The notes under the pieces were generated by a model. It was not told where the DNA came from, made no database searches, and worked only from the letters and a program-made list of their open reading frames with translations. The position numbers and the translations under genes are program-made. A stretch of 64,000 bases of DNA from Vulcanimicrobiota bacterium (lineage in GTDB: Bacteria > Vulcanimicrobiota > Vulcanimicrobiia > Vulcanimicrobiales > Vulcanimicrobiaceae). Of this stretch, positions 29,138-38,665 are shown in pieces; position 1 is the stretch's first letter, and each line of letters begins with the position of its first letter. The stretch lies in contig CAWCIZ010000002.1 of the NCBI GenBank assembly GCA_963795855.1, forward strand, positions 544,001 through 608,000. The letters run 5' to 3'.

Positions 29138-29752
29138 TTATTGGCGAGCGACAATGACCCGAATAGTATAGCCGGTCGGCACGGAAACGTCCCCGTCACG
29201 CTGAGCCCACATGGGCAGCATGTTCAGGTCGAAGTCGACGTGCTTGCTATCGCGTTCGTCGGGCGGCCCAAGCGGGATGTGCGTGCTGTTGCCGCTCTCG
29301 ACCGCCACGTCCGCATAATAGATCGTGCCGGGCCGCGCGCTCGGTATGTTCAGCGTTATGTGTGGAAAGCCGGCGAAAGTCAGCCACTTGTTCGTGCACG
29401 CGTCGTTCACCGCGATCGTCAACACGTAAAAGGGCTGCCAACCAGTTTTGCCGGCATGATAAACCGTGTCCAGATATGTCATGCGTGCCAGGCCCGCCGG
29501 GCCGACGGCATCTGCACGGATCGTCGAGCCCGCGCACGCATCGTTGCTCGGATACCAGAGTTGCGCAGCGACTCCATCGGACGCGGGGATGTCGAGGCGG
29601 CCTCCCGCGGGGGTTAGGGGCGCTTGTGCGCTTCGCGATATCTTCGCCAAGATCGGATCTATCGTGTAGATGTCGTCGGCGCGGGCGTGCACGGACCATG
29701 CCGCGTGCGCCGCGATAATGAGGCCGATCGCAAAACACGTTCGTCGTAGCAT
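29138..29752 (-). CDS. Hypothetical secreted protein
   Basis: Signal peptide ending ARA-D; two Cys in the mature part; no family recognised. Confidence 0.55.
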   Translation of the reverse strand: MLRRTCFAIGLIIAAHAAWSVHARADDIYTIDPILAKISRSAQAPLTPAGGRLDIPASDGVAAQLWYPSNDACAGSTIRADAVGPAGLARMTYLDTVYHAGKTGWQPFYVLTIAVNDACTNKWLTFAGFPHITLNIPSARPGTIYYADVAVESGNSTHIPLGPPDERDSKHVDFDLNMLPMWAQRDGDVSVPTGYTIRVIVARQ

Positions 29753-29760
29753 ACACGAAT

Positions 29761-30189
29761 TCACAACTCGCAACGCTGCAACACGCGGCCATCGTCACAC
29801 ACGAACAACAGCACTTTCGTATGAGGCCAGGGCTGTTTGCAGATATTTTCTATGTCCTTCTTCGCCGGCTCGGGCAGCGTAGCCCATGCGTCAGAATCGA
29901 TTAGAAGTCGAATTGCGGCAATCCCGCCTACCATAGCGTCAAAGTCCACGGACTTCACGAAGTTTCGAATTCCTAGCCCGGCACTATAACGCTCGAGTTC
30001 TTCGTGCGTTGCCCGCGCGGTATTCCATTTGTGAAAATCGGTAACGTTAAGATCGTCGCGGCCGTCCCGTAGGGTGGGCTGCGGGAGACGTGCGTAGTCG
30101 TTCCGATAGCGTTCTTGGTTCGCCAACGTCTTGGCGATCGCGAGCACGATGAACGGAGCGATGATGGAGGCCAGAAACAAGGACAGCAT
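29761..30189 (-). CDS. Hypothetical protein with N-terminal TM anchor
   Basis: 142-aa ORF in tandem with pip; no family recognised. Confidence 0.5.
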   Translation of the reverse strand: MLSLFLASIIAPFIVLAIAKTLANQERYRNDYARLPQPTLRDGRDDLNVTDFHKWNTARATHEELERYSAGLGIRNFVKSVDFDAMVGGIAAIRLLIDSDAWATLPEPAKKDIENICKQPWPHTKVLLFVCDDGRVLQRCEL

Positions 30190-30195
30190 CGTCCG

Positions 30196-31161
30196 CTAAC
30201 GCCGCGCGCTTGCCGGAGCCGGCTCGATGGTGCGGAAGCGATCCAACGCTGCGACGATACGATCGGGGAAGGAGCCGTTTCCATGACCGGCGTCCACGAC
30301 CTGAAGGTCGCTTCCCGCCCAGCCCTGATGCAATTTCCACGCCGTTTCCAGGGGGCTGCTCACGTCGTAGCGGCCGTGGATAAGGACGCCGGGAATACCA
30401 TTCAACGAAGCAGCTTTGCGCAGCAATTCGTCCTCTTCGAAGAACGCGGCATGCCGCCAGTAATGCGTTACGAGGCGCGCGAAGCGCAGGCGAAACTCCG
30501 GATCTTCAAATCGGCGGTTCGGAACGTATCCGGGGACGAGCGACACGTGGCTATCTTCCCATGCGCACCATTCGAGCGCGGCTGCGGCGCAGACAGCGGG
30601 GTCGTCATCGAACAGCAGCGCAGCGTAAGCGTCGACGATGCGTTCGCTCTTGAGCGGCGGCGGAATATGTGACACGAGCCGCTCCCACTGCTGGGGGAAA
30701 ACGCGCCCGACGCCGCATGTGATCCAGTCCACTTCGCGGCGGGACGTCGTCGTGACGCATCCCAAAACGAGCGCGGCGACCCGATCGCGATGAGCCTGCG
30801 CGTACGCAAGCGCCAAGGTGCTGCCCCACGATGCGCCGAGCATGACCCAGCGGTCGATGGCAAGATGCGTGCGGAGGATTTCCAAATCGCCAATCAGGTG
30901 CGCGGTGGTGTTGGTCTGCAACTGGGTTCGTTGCGTCAAGAGCGGCCGGCTGCGGCCGCAGTTGCGTTGGTCGAACAAGACGATGCGGTAATGCTCCGGA
31001 TCGAAAAATCGCCGCGCGCCGGGCGTGCATCCGGAACCGGGTCCGCCGTGAATGTATATTGCGGGCGCGCCGTTCGGATTGCCGCAGCACTCCCAATACA
31101 TCTCGTTGCCGTCGCCGACATCGAGCCGGCCTTGGTCAAACGGTTCTATCGCGGGATACAT
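30196..31161 (-). CDS. pip: Proline iminopeptidase
   Basis: HGGPGSG, FDQRNCGRS, GASWGSTL, HGRYD, DAGH. Confidence 0.92.
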   Translation of the reverse strand: MYPAIEPFDQGRLDVGDGNEMYWECCGNPNGAPAIYIHGGPGSGCTPGARRFFDPEHYRIVLFDQRNCGRSRPLLTQRTQLQTNTTAHLIGDLEILRTHLAIDRWVMLGASWGSTLALAYAQAHRDRVAALVLGCVTTTSRREVDWITCGVGRVFPQQWERLVSHIPPPLKSERIVDAYAALLFDDDPAVCAAAALEWCAWEDSHVSLVPGYVPNRRFEDPEFRLRFARLVTHYWRHAAFFEEDELLRKAASLNGIPGVLIHGRYDVSSPLETAWKLHQGWAGSDLQVVDAGHGNGSFPDRIVAALDRFRTIEPAPASARR

Positions 31162-31249
31162 GATCTCCGCACCGCCGCGGCCAAGAATTCAAAATCGGCG
31201 TCACCCATTGCTACGATTTTAACATAGGGCCGCGTCGCAGGGGGCAGCC

Positions 31250-31865
31250 ATGTTGGAAAGCAGTCACGAACGGCTTGCGGGACAGCCATGGGACGCGTCG
31301 TACAGCGACGGGCCCGCGCCGTGGGATATCGGCGCCCCGCAACCGGCGATCGTGCAATTGGCATCGCACGGCGCGTTCACCGGAACGGTGCTCGACGCCG
31401 GCTGCGGAACCGGTGAAAACGCCTTGCATATCGCGTCGCTTGGCTTATCGGTTCTGGGCGTCGACGTGGCGGAGACGGCAATCGCAATCGCGCGAAACAA
31501 GGCTGCGGAACGCGGGCTAGACGTCCAGTTTGCAGTCGCAAATGCATTTCAGTTGCAGCGCTTGGGACGCACTTTCGAGAGCGTTCTGGACTGCGGCTTA
31601 TTCCATACATTCGACGACGACGAGCGAACGCGCTACGTGGCGAGTTTAGCCTCCGCGACGCACCGCGCTGCAATGTTGTATGTCCTATGCTTTAGCGATG
31701 AAGGTCCCGAGACCGGGCCGCATCCCATCAGTCAGCAGCAGTCTGCGAAACGCGTTCGACGCGGTCACCGGATGGGACATCGTCACGATTGAAGCGGAGC
31801 GCGTTCGCACGAGATTCCACGAGCACGGAGCACCCGGTTGGCTTGCGACGATGAGGCGCACTTAG
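31250..31865 (+). CDS. Class I SAM methyltransferase (TPMT-like), frameshifted near 31742
   Basis: APWDIGAPQP, VLDAGCGTGEN, LDCGLFH; C-terminus continues in the 31680..31865 frame. Confidence 0.85.
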
Positions 31866-31946
31866 GCGTCAGCCGCCGCGAAAAAGCGGAAACCGGCAGC
31901 AGCCTACCTAACGACTGTTGGGTCTGCCCCGAAGGGAGGTCTAGAC

Positions 31947-33189
31947 ATGAGTACTCCGGTTCCGGTTAACATCGGCAACACCGCATTCATGCTCATCTGT
32001 GCGAGCCTCGTCATGCTCATGACGCCGGGGCTCGCGTTTTTTTACGGGGGCCTGGTCGGCCGTAAAAACGTGCTGACGATCATGATTCAGAGACTTCATG
32101 TCGCTCGGATGGACGACGGTCGTCTGGGTCGCAGTCGGCTATTCGATGTGCTTCGGCAACGACTGGCACGGCGTCATCGGCAATCCGGCGCAATACTTCT
32201 TCCTGCGCGGCGTAACGCTGCACACGATGTTCATGGGCAACGACGCCGGCATTCCGCTGGTCGTGCACATCGCCTATCAGATGATGTTCGCCATCATCAC
32301 GCCGGCGCTCATCACCGGTGCGTTCGCAAACCGCGTCACGTTCAAAGCATACTTTCTCTTTCTTACCGGCTGGCTGCTGTTCGTCTATTTCCCGTTCGTC
32401 CACATGATCTGGAGCCCGGACGGCGCGCTCGCGAAATGGGGCGTACTCGATTTCGCGGGCGGCATTGTGGTGCATGCGTCCGCGGGGTTCGCGGCACTTG
32501 CTTCGGTGCTGTTCATCGGGCGGCGCTACGTGATCGAAAACAAGCCGCATAACGTTCCGCTGATCGCGCTCGGCACCGGTTTGCTGTGGTTCGGCTGGTA
32601 CGGATTCAACGCCGGCTCGGAGCTGCGCGTCGACGCCGTTACTGCGTCGGCATTTTTGAACACCGACGTTGCGGCATCGTTTGCGGCCGTTGCGTGGCTT
32701 CTGATCGAATGGGCGCGCGGCAGACAACCGAAATTCGTCGGCTTGCTGACCGGCGCCGTTGCGGGGCTTGCAACGATTACTCCGGCGGCGGGGTACGTTT
32801 CACCGGTTGCCGCGATTTTGTTCGGTCTGCTGGCCGGCGCGGTGTGCTACTATGCGGTCGCGCTGAAAAACCGGCTTGGCTGGGACGACGCGCTGGACGT
32901 CTGGGGCGTGCACGGCGTCGGCGGCGTGCTGGGCATCACGCTGCTCGGCATCTTTGCTACGAAACTGTGGAACCCGGCCGGCGCGAACGGTTTGCTGTTC
33001 GGCGGCGCGTCGTTCTTCGGCAAGCAAGTCGCCGCTGCAGTATTTTGCAGTGCGTGGGCCTTCGCGTTTACGTACGGAATGCTCTGGCTCATCAGCCGCG
33101 TCACGCTGACCAAAGTACCGCGCGATGCCGAAGAGCGCGGATTGGACATCGAACTGCACGGCGAGGAAGCCTACCCGCTCGGCATCTGA
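31947..33189 (+). CDS. amtB: Ammonium transporter, frameshifted near 32093
   Basis: LVMLMTPGLAFFYGG, DFAGGIVVH, LLWFGWYGFNAGS, DDALDVWGVHGVGG. Confidence 0.93.
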
Positions 33190-33202
33190 CTCGCGGGAAG
33201 AC

Positions 33203-34232
33203 ATGCTCGCGCTGCTCGGCATCTTGCTGCTCGCGCAGGCGGTACCGTCGCCGTCCGCCTCGCCAAACCCGCAGCCTACCCAGACTCCGGCGCCGGCGAT
33301 CGCCGTCGCCCCGGAGTTTGCGCTGTACGATTTTCAAACGGCCGACGTGTCGGACGCATTGCTGAATTTCAGCATCAATCTCGGCAAGCTGCACGCCAAC
33401 GCGACCGCAGGCGATTATGCTTTTCCGGTCGTCGGGTTTCCGCTGGTTCCGGACAATGCTCCGGGTGCGAACGTTGCTTTGTACAGTCCGCTGCCGCTTG
33501 CCACGCTGACGTATCAATTCAATCCGCACGGCGGCATCACTGCCGGAAAATTTGCCTCACTGCTCGGTCAAGAGTCACCGTTCACCTACCAAAACCTGAA
33601 CGTGCAGCGTGGAATCGCATGGAACATGGAGCCGGCTATCAGCCGCGGCGTGCAATTCGGCTGACTCCAACGGCCCGTGGAGCGCGAATCTGCGCGAGGA
33701 CGACGCGTATTACTCCGGCAGTAATCGCGCCTTTGAGGGTCTTGTGGGCTGGTCACCGTCCACGAATACGAGCGTCCAGTTTGCGGCAATGATTCCGGGC
33801 GCAAACGTTCCGCCCAACGTAACGACGAGCGTGGGCAACAAACAAGAGTACGATTTGATGTATACGCGCACCATCGGCAAACTCGAGGTGCTGCCGTACG
33901 TTTTGTGGGTGCATTCTCCGGCGTCGCACGTGCTCGGTTATACGAACGGCGAAAACGCTAACGCGGAGGTACTGCTCGGAACGTGGACGTTCTCGCCCCA
34001 ATGGAGCGTTGCGTTTCGCTACGAGGAGGCGCGCAACGCGAGCTCCGCGTCGGACCCGAGCCCGAACGCGGATCTCGTCGGCTTTGGTGCGGGCGCCAGC
34101 GCCATATCGCAAACGCTTACTTCTGCGTATCATTTCGGAAACGGCGGCGTGGTGCGTCTCGAGTACTCGCACGTTTCGGCTACTAATCTAATTCAAAATC
34201 GCTTCGGGTTCGAATTCGGCGTCATGCATTGA
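33203..34232 (+). CDS. Outer-membrane beta-barrel (putative porin), frameshifted near 33662
   Basis: Signal peptide; ITAGKFASLLGQE; amphipathic beta strands; VRLEYSH...FGFEFG C-terminus. Confidence 0.7.
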
Positions 34233-34249
34233 CCGAGGTGTGCGGCGGC

Positions 34250-34690
34250 TTAGAGCATCGTGATGCCGTGACGCCGTGCAATCTCCGTCATGATTTGCGG
34301 ATTCAACTCTTTTTGAGAGCCGAGTTCGGCGAAGAATTCTTCGATGCCGCCGGGCGTAAACCCGAACAGCACGCGCCCGGGGGCCGTTCCGATATTTTTA
34401 TAGCGATGCGGCATTCCGCGCGGCGCGAAGACGAACGTTCCGGGACCGCCCGCAACGCGATCCGATCCGCAAACGAATTCGAATTCGCCCTCGAGCACGT
34501 AGTAGGTTTCGTTCTCCTTTTCGTGGACGTGCAGCGGGGGTCCGGAATCGGGCGGGATGACGTCTTCGATGACCGTCGCTTCGCCGTTTGACTGCGCCGC
34601 GGCCAACTTCACGCGGATCTCCTGTCCGCCGTAACGGATGCACGGGCCCTGTCCCGCGGGGACATGATGAATAGCCTGCTGCTTCAGCAT
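34250..34690 (-). CDS. Cupin_2-domain protein
   Basis: GPPLHVHEKENETYYVLEG...PRGMPHRYKN; AGGAGG SD. Confidence 0.88.
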   Translation of the reverse strand: MLKQQAIHHVPAGQGPCIRYGGQEIRVKLAAAQSNGEATVIEDVIPPDSGPPLHVHEKENETYYVLEGEFEFVCGSDRVAGGPGTFVFAPRGMPHRYKNIGTAPGRVLFGFTPGGIEEFFAELGSQKELNPQIMTEIARRHGITML

Positions 34691-34706
34691 GATGTTCCTC
34701 CTTCGT

Positions 34707-34731
34707 GGTACTTGAGTACCGTAACGGTACT
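34707..34731. promoter_or_regulatory. Putative TetR operator (overlapping palindromes)
   Basis: AGTACCGT-A-ACGGTACT (34715-34731) and GGTACT-TG-AGTACC (34707-34720) between the divergent cupin and tetR genes. Confidence 0.7.
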
Positions 34732-34750
34732 GTGATACTATAAGTCGGTC

Positions 34751-35404
34751 GTGATATTCCGTCAAGCCGGGCCGCGCAGGGCGACTGCGAACGTCGGCCG
34801 AGTCGCACAAAAGGAGCGCACGCGTCTGCAATTGTTGCAGGCGGCGCGCAATTTGCGCTCGGACGGCCACGTCCCGAGCGTGGCCGACGTCGCGGACGCA
34901 GCCGGCATTTCTCGTACGACGGCCTACCGGTATTTTCCGACTCAGGAAACGCTGCTCGCCGAAGCCACTGCGGAGCCGCTTATCGATGCCGTCCGAAATG
35001 CGATTGCACGCGCGGCAGATCAGTGCGACGTCGTCAAGCGGGTAGACGCGGTTTTCGCAGAACTCGTGCCGCTCTTACTTCAGCATGAGCCCGAGTTGCG
35101 CACGTTGCTGAAGCTCTCGCTCGAGAGCTCGTTGGAACAGGCGCACAAACGGCGGGCTCCGCTCTTGAGCGGCAGCTGGATTCTCGCCTGGGACGGCATT
35201 TTGGAGCCGTTGCGGCGCGAGGTGCGGCCAAAAACTTACGCGTTGATGGCGCGCACGCTGGGAACCCTACTCAGCATAGAAAGCCTCAACGTTTTACGCG
35301 ATGCGTGCGACCTTGACGAACGAGCCACGATCGAAGCCGTTCGATCTGCGGCCCGAGCGCTGGTCCGCGGATTCCTACTCGAACTACGAAAGAGAAAGAA
35401 GTAA
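34751..35404 (+). CDS. TetR/AcrR-family regulator
   Basis: SVADVADAAGISRTTAYRYFPT HTH. Confidence 0.9.
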   Translation: MIFRQAGPRRATANVGRVAQKERTRLQLLQAARNLRSDGHVPSVADVADAAGISRTTAYRYFPTQETLLAEATAEPLIDAVRNAIARAADQCDVVKRVDAVFAELVPLLLQHEPELRTLLKLSLESSLEQAHKRRAPLLSGSWILAWDGILEPLRREVRPKTYALMARTLGTLLSIESLNVLRDACDLDERATIEAVRSAARALVRGFLLELRKRKK

Positions 35405-35592
35405 TGAAATACGTATTGTGCCCGCCTTGCGGTACCGTTTTTGAAGGAGAGACCGAACAGGACCTCATCCGCACGACGCAGCAGCACTCCAAGGAGAAGC
35501 ACGACTACCTCCCGCCCGCGGATGAAGTGCGCAAATTCATACGTGCGACGCCGCCGCCCGCGGACGACACAGTCCATCGCTCCCAACATTGA
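35404..35592 (+). CDS. Small DUF1059-like metal-binding protein
   Basis: CPPCG...GETEQDL...HSKEKH (Cys2His2); TAATG coupling to tetR. Confidence 0.7.
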   Translation: MKYVLCPPCGTVFEGETEQDLIRTTQQHSKEKHDYLPPADEVRKFIRATPPPADDTVHRSQH

Positions 35593-36094
35593 AAACGCGG
35601 TTCGCGCGGGCCCGCATGTTTTCAAACCCGGCGACGCTTGCAAGCTCGATGAGCTGCTCCTCCGAAAAGTGGCGGCGCAGTTCGGCGTAAAGATCGTCGC
35701 CGACGTTCGCGGGCGTCTCCGCGAGTGCGTCCGCCATGCGCAGGAGCGCCGTTTCTGCAGGCGCGAATCCCTCGAGCTCGCCGGATGTAATCGACGCCAG
35801 CTCGGCATCGGTTAGGCCGTACATTCTGCCACCTGCAGAATTTGAGTCGATTCAAAACGGGCAGCCGACGCGCGCCGCCGTTCGCAAGGCGACAATCAAG
35901 GGCTGCCGTTTCGGCAAGGCGGACCTCTCGAAGAGCAGCCACTGCGCCAGACCATGCAACCAAAAGACGCGGGGTACGCGGGCCGCGATTAACTGCGGGG
36001 TAAGGTCGCGGCCCATCATTTTACGCACTTTGTTGAAGACAAACCGCATCGAGAACGGGGCGCGTTTCGGGTCGATGCCGCTGATTCGTGCCAT
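35537..36094 (-). CDS. AhpD/carboxymuconolactone decarboxylase-family selenoprotein (CxxU), 185 aa
   Basis: ORFs 35852..36094 and 35537..35824 are in the same frame, separated only by TGA in VGCPF-TGA-IDSNSA; SECIS-like hairpin follows; AAAGGAG SD. Confidence 0.8.
35823..35841 (-). promoter_or_regulatory. Bacterial SECIS element
   Basis: AUUCUGC-AGGUG-GCAGAAU hairpin starting 10 nt after the UGA. Confidence 0.75.
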
Positions 36095-36151
36095 TTTTAC
36101 TCCTTTACCGAATGGACGATTCGCGAGTGGGAAAAGTGACTCTGCTTGGCG

Positions 36152-36829
36152 TTAATCGGGAAACGTCACATTAGTCAGATGCAGTATACTCGTGAACTGC
36201 ATATCCTTCGCATCGTGCGGCGGCGGAAGCCAGGTTGCACCGATTGAGTCGATCCACCATGTAGCATTTGGCGGAAACGGACGGAATGAATAGTCGATGC
36301 TCGCAAACCACCCGTCCTGATGCATCGCGTACGTGAGTTTGCGTACGTCATAGGTCGTTTCGTCGGTCCACACAGCGCGCAACGGGTAATAGTCGGGATT
36401 GCCAATCGGCTGCAGCAGCAGATGGTAGCAACGGTGCCCCTCGACCACCTGTTCGCCGGCCAACGCGACGGTATAGTGCAAGGCATGCACGGAAGCGATC
36501 GTGGCGAGCGGACCGACGAAGGGATCGAGTTGCGTGCTCGCCGGATACCTGGCGGAGATGTTGAAACCCAACGGCGAACCTGCAGGCCCGACGCATGACG
36601 GTCCGTCGCTGGTCGTCACGTCGGGCGAATCCGAATCGATTTCGCGCGTCCGGCACCAGTGATCGAACGTGCGCAGCAGAACGTGCTCGTTACCCGTGAC
36701 CTCTTTTCCGGAGACGTAACGATGCCGTATTGCTATGTCGAACTCGACGTAGCGCGGCAAACGGCGAGCTTCCCATGCATTCTGCGCACGCTGGAAGATG
36801 ACGACGGCGGCAGGTGGAGTCAACAACAT
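36152..36829 (-). CDS. Hypothetical protein, paralog of 16851..17765
   Basis: IFQRAQNAWE; LATIASV...YHLLLQPIGNPDYYPLRAVWTD. Confidence 0.7.
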   Translation of the reverse strand: MLLTPPAAVVIFQRAQNAWEARRLPRYVEFDIAIRHRYVSGKEVTGNEHVLLRTFDHWCRTREIDSDSPDVTTSDGPSCVGPAGSPLGFNISARYPASTQLDPFVGPLATIASVHALHYTVALAGEQVVEGHRCYHLLLQPIGNPDYYPLRAVWTDETTYDVRKLTYAMHQDGWFASIDYSFRPFPPNATWWIDSIGATWLPPPHDAKDMQFTSILHLTNVTFPD

Positions 36830-36939
36830 CTCGGTCTCTGTCCAACGGCACTACAGCCAAATCGCGAATTCTGCCAAAACCCAACGGGTTGGCTTTTTCC
36901 CAAAATTGCGGATCAAGGTGTGCCGCCACCAGCGCCAGG

Positions 36940-38163
36940 TTATTCCAGTTCGGCGATTCGGCCGGCGATGTAGCGGCGTTCTGCCTCTTGCTCCGTCAAC
37001 TCAAGTGCGCGGGCATACGCAGATCTCGCTTCCCCGATTCGCCCCAAACGCCGGTACATGTCGGCACGCGCCGAATGTGCAAACCGATAGTCGCTGAGCG
37101 CTCCGCGATCGATAATTTCCTCCATCAGTGCAAGGCCGGCAGCCGGACCATCCCGCATCGCAATCGCCGCCGCGCGGTTGAGCTGGATAATCGGCGACGG
37201 GTCGAGTTCGAGCAGAACGTCATACAGCCGAACGATTTTGGTCCAGTCCGTATCTTGCGGGCGCGGCGCTGCGGCGTGGACTTGCGCGATCGATGCCTCG
37301 CACGCGTAGCGTGACATGCGACCATCTTCGAGCGCACGCTTTAAGAACGCTTGTGCTTGTGAAATCGCCGCCCGGTCCCATTTCGAACGATCTTGATCGT
37401 CTAGGAGAATCAACTCGCCCTCTGGTCCCATACGCGCGTTTCGCCGCGAGTGCTGGAACAGCATTAGCGCGAGCAGGGCATAAATTTCCGCGCTCGGCAA
37501 AAGTTCTGCGATAAGCCTCGCAAGGCGAACCGCCTCGCCGCAGAGATCGACGCGGAGGAGCGATGGACCGAACGACGCTTCGTAGCCTTCGTTGAAAAGC
37601 AGATAGATCACGTGCAGTACGCCTTGCAGACGCTGCGTCAGATCTTCGTCCGCAGGCACTTCATAGGCGATACCGGCGTCTCGAATTTTTGACTTTGCGC
37701 GAACGATGCGCTGTGCGATCGCCGAGGGTCTCGCGACAAACGCTTGCGCGATCTCTTCCGTCGTCAATCCGCATGCCTCCCGCAGTGTGAGCGCAACTTG
37801 CGCGTCCAGCGAGAGCGCGGGATGACAGCACAGAAAGATCAGGCGCAAATCGTCGTCCGCTATGTAATCGAAATCTGCGCTCAACTCTTCGCTCACCTTC
37901 GACTCGTGCGCGAACCGCTTCAGGGAGGCATCGTAACGGGCACGCCGGCGAACCGCATCGATTGCTTGAAAGCGCCCCGCCGAGATCAGCCACGATCGCG
38001 GATTGCGCGGCATGCCCTCACGCGGCCATTGTTCGGCAGCGGCGAGAAACGCTTCGTGCAACGCGTCTTCCGCGAGATCGAAGTCGCCGAGCAGCCGAAT
38101 CAGCGTCGCCAGGACATGCCGGGATTCCGCGGCATAGACTGACTCGAGGTCGAGTGCCGTCAT
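36940..38163 (-). CDS. ECF42-type sigma factor with C-terminal TPR extension
   Basis: LIRLLGDFDLAEDAL, LRLIFLCCHPAL, YLLFNEGY, DQDRSKW, TDWTKIVRLYD. Confidence 0.92.
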   Translation of the reverse strand: MTALDLESVYAAESRHVLATLIRLLGDFDLAEDALHEAFLAAAEQWPREGMPRNPRSWLISAGRFQAIDAVRRRARYDASLKRFAHESKVSEELSADFDYIADDDLRLIFLCCHPALSLDAQVALTLREACGLTTEEIAQAFVARPSAIAQRIVRAKSKIRDAGIAYEVPADEDLTQRLQGVLHVIYLLFNEGYEASFGPSLLRVDLCGEAVRLARLIAELLPSAEIYALLALMLFQHSRRNARMGPEGELILLDDQDRSKWDRAAISQAQAFLKRALEDGRMSRYACEASIAQVHAAAPRPQDTDWTKIVRLYDVLLELDPSPIIQLNRAAAIAMRDGPAAGLALMEEIIDRGALSDYRFAHSARADMYRRLGRIGEARSAYARALELTEQEAERRYIAGRIAELE

Positions 38164-38511
38164 GACGGCTTGGGAATGTCGTGTACCGGACGGATTTCTA
38201 TCGCATCGTAAGACGCCGCGGGGTGGGCGCCGGCGATGCGGATGGCTTCATTCAGATCGCGCGCTTCGATGATGAAAAAGCCGCCGAGGTGTTCTTTAAT
38301 CTCGGCGAACGGGCCGTCGGTCATCGAGAGCTTGCCGTTCCGGCGGCGAACGGTCGTGGCCGTGTCGGCATCTTCGAGCGCCTCGAGGGCAACGAGATGG
38401 CCCTTACGTTTGAGCTCTTCGTGGTAGGCAATGCTGTCGTCGCGCAGACTGCGCTTGCTCGCCCTCGGGCAGCGGCTCGTCGTCACCGTAAATAAAGCAT
38501 GCATATTTCAT
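38160..38511 (-). CDS. YCII-related (DGPF) protein, frameshifted near 38448
   Basis: MKYACFIYGD (AGGAG SD) joins ...TDGPFAEIKEHLGGF...IEIRPV. Confidence 0.88.
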
Positions 38512-38534
38512 GTCGTACGTTCTCCTCGCCCTAT

Positions 38535-38562
38535 TGTCGATTTTCGCCTGCCCGAATCGACC
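38535..38562. promoter_or_regulatory. Overlapping divergent ECF42-type promoters
   Basis: Plus strand TGTCGA-N17-CGAC; minus strand GGTCGA-N17-CGAC. Confidence 0.6.
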
Positions 38563-38665
38563 AGAGGCATGTGTTTGGAATGCATCCCCGGAGTAGCACC
38601 GCTGGTCGTGGACGCCGTCGTGGCGCTCCGCCCCATGCTGCTACTGTATATGAAAGGAACCCACC

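Noticed and set aside
33662..33664. TGA in the porin gene as a second selenocysteine
   Set aside because: The downstream part is in a different frame, so it is an indel; no redox motif or SECIS.
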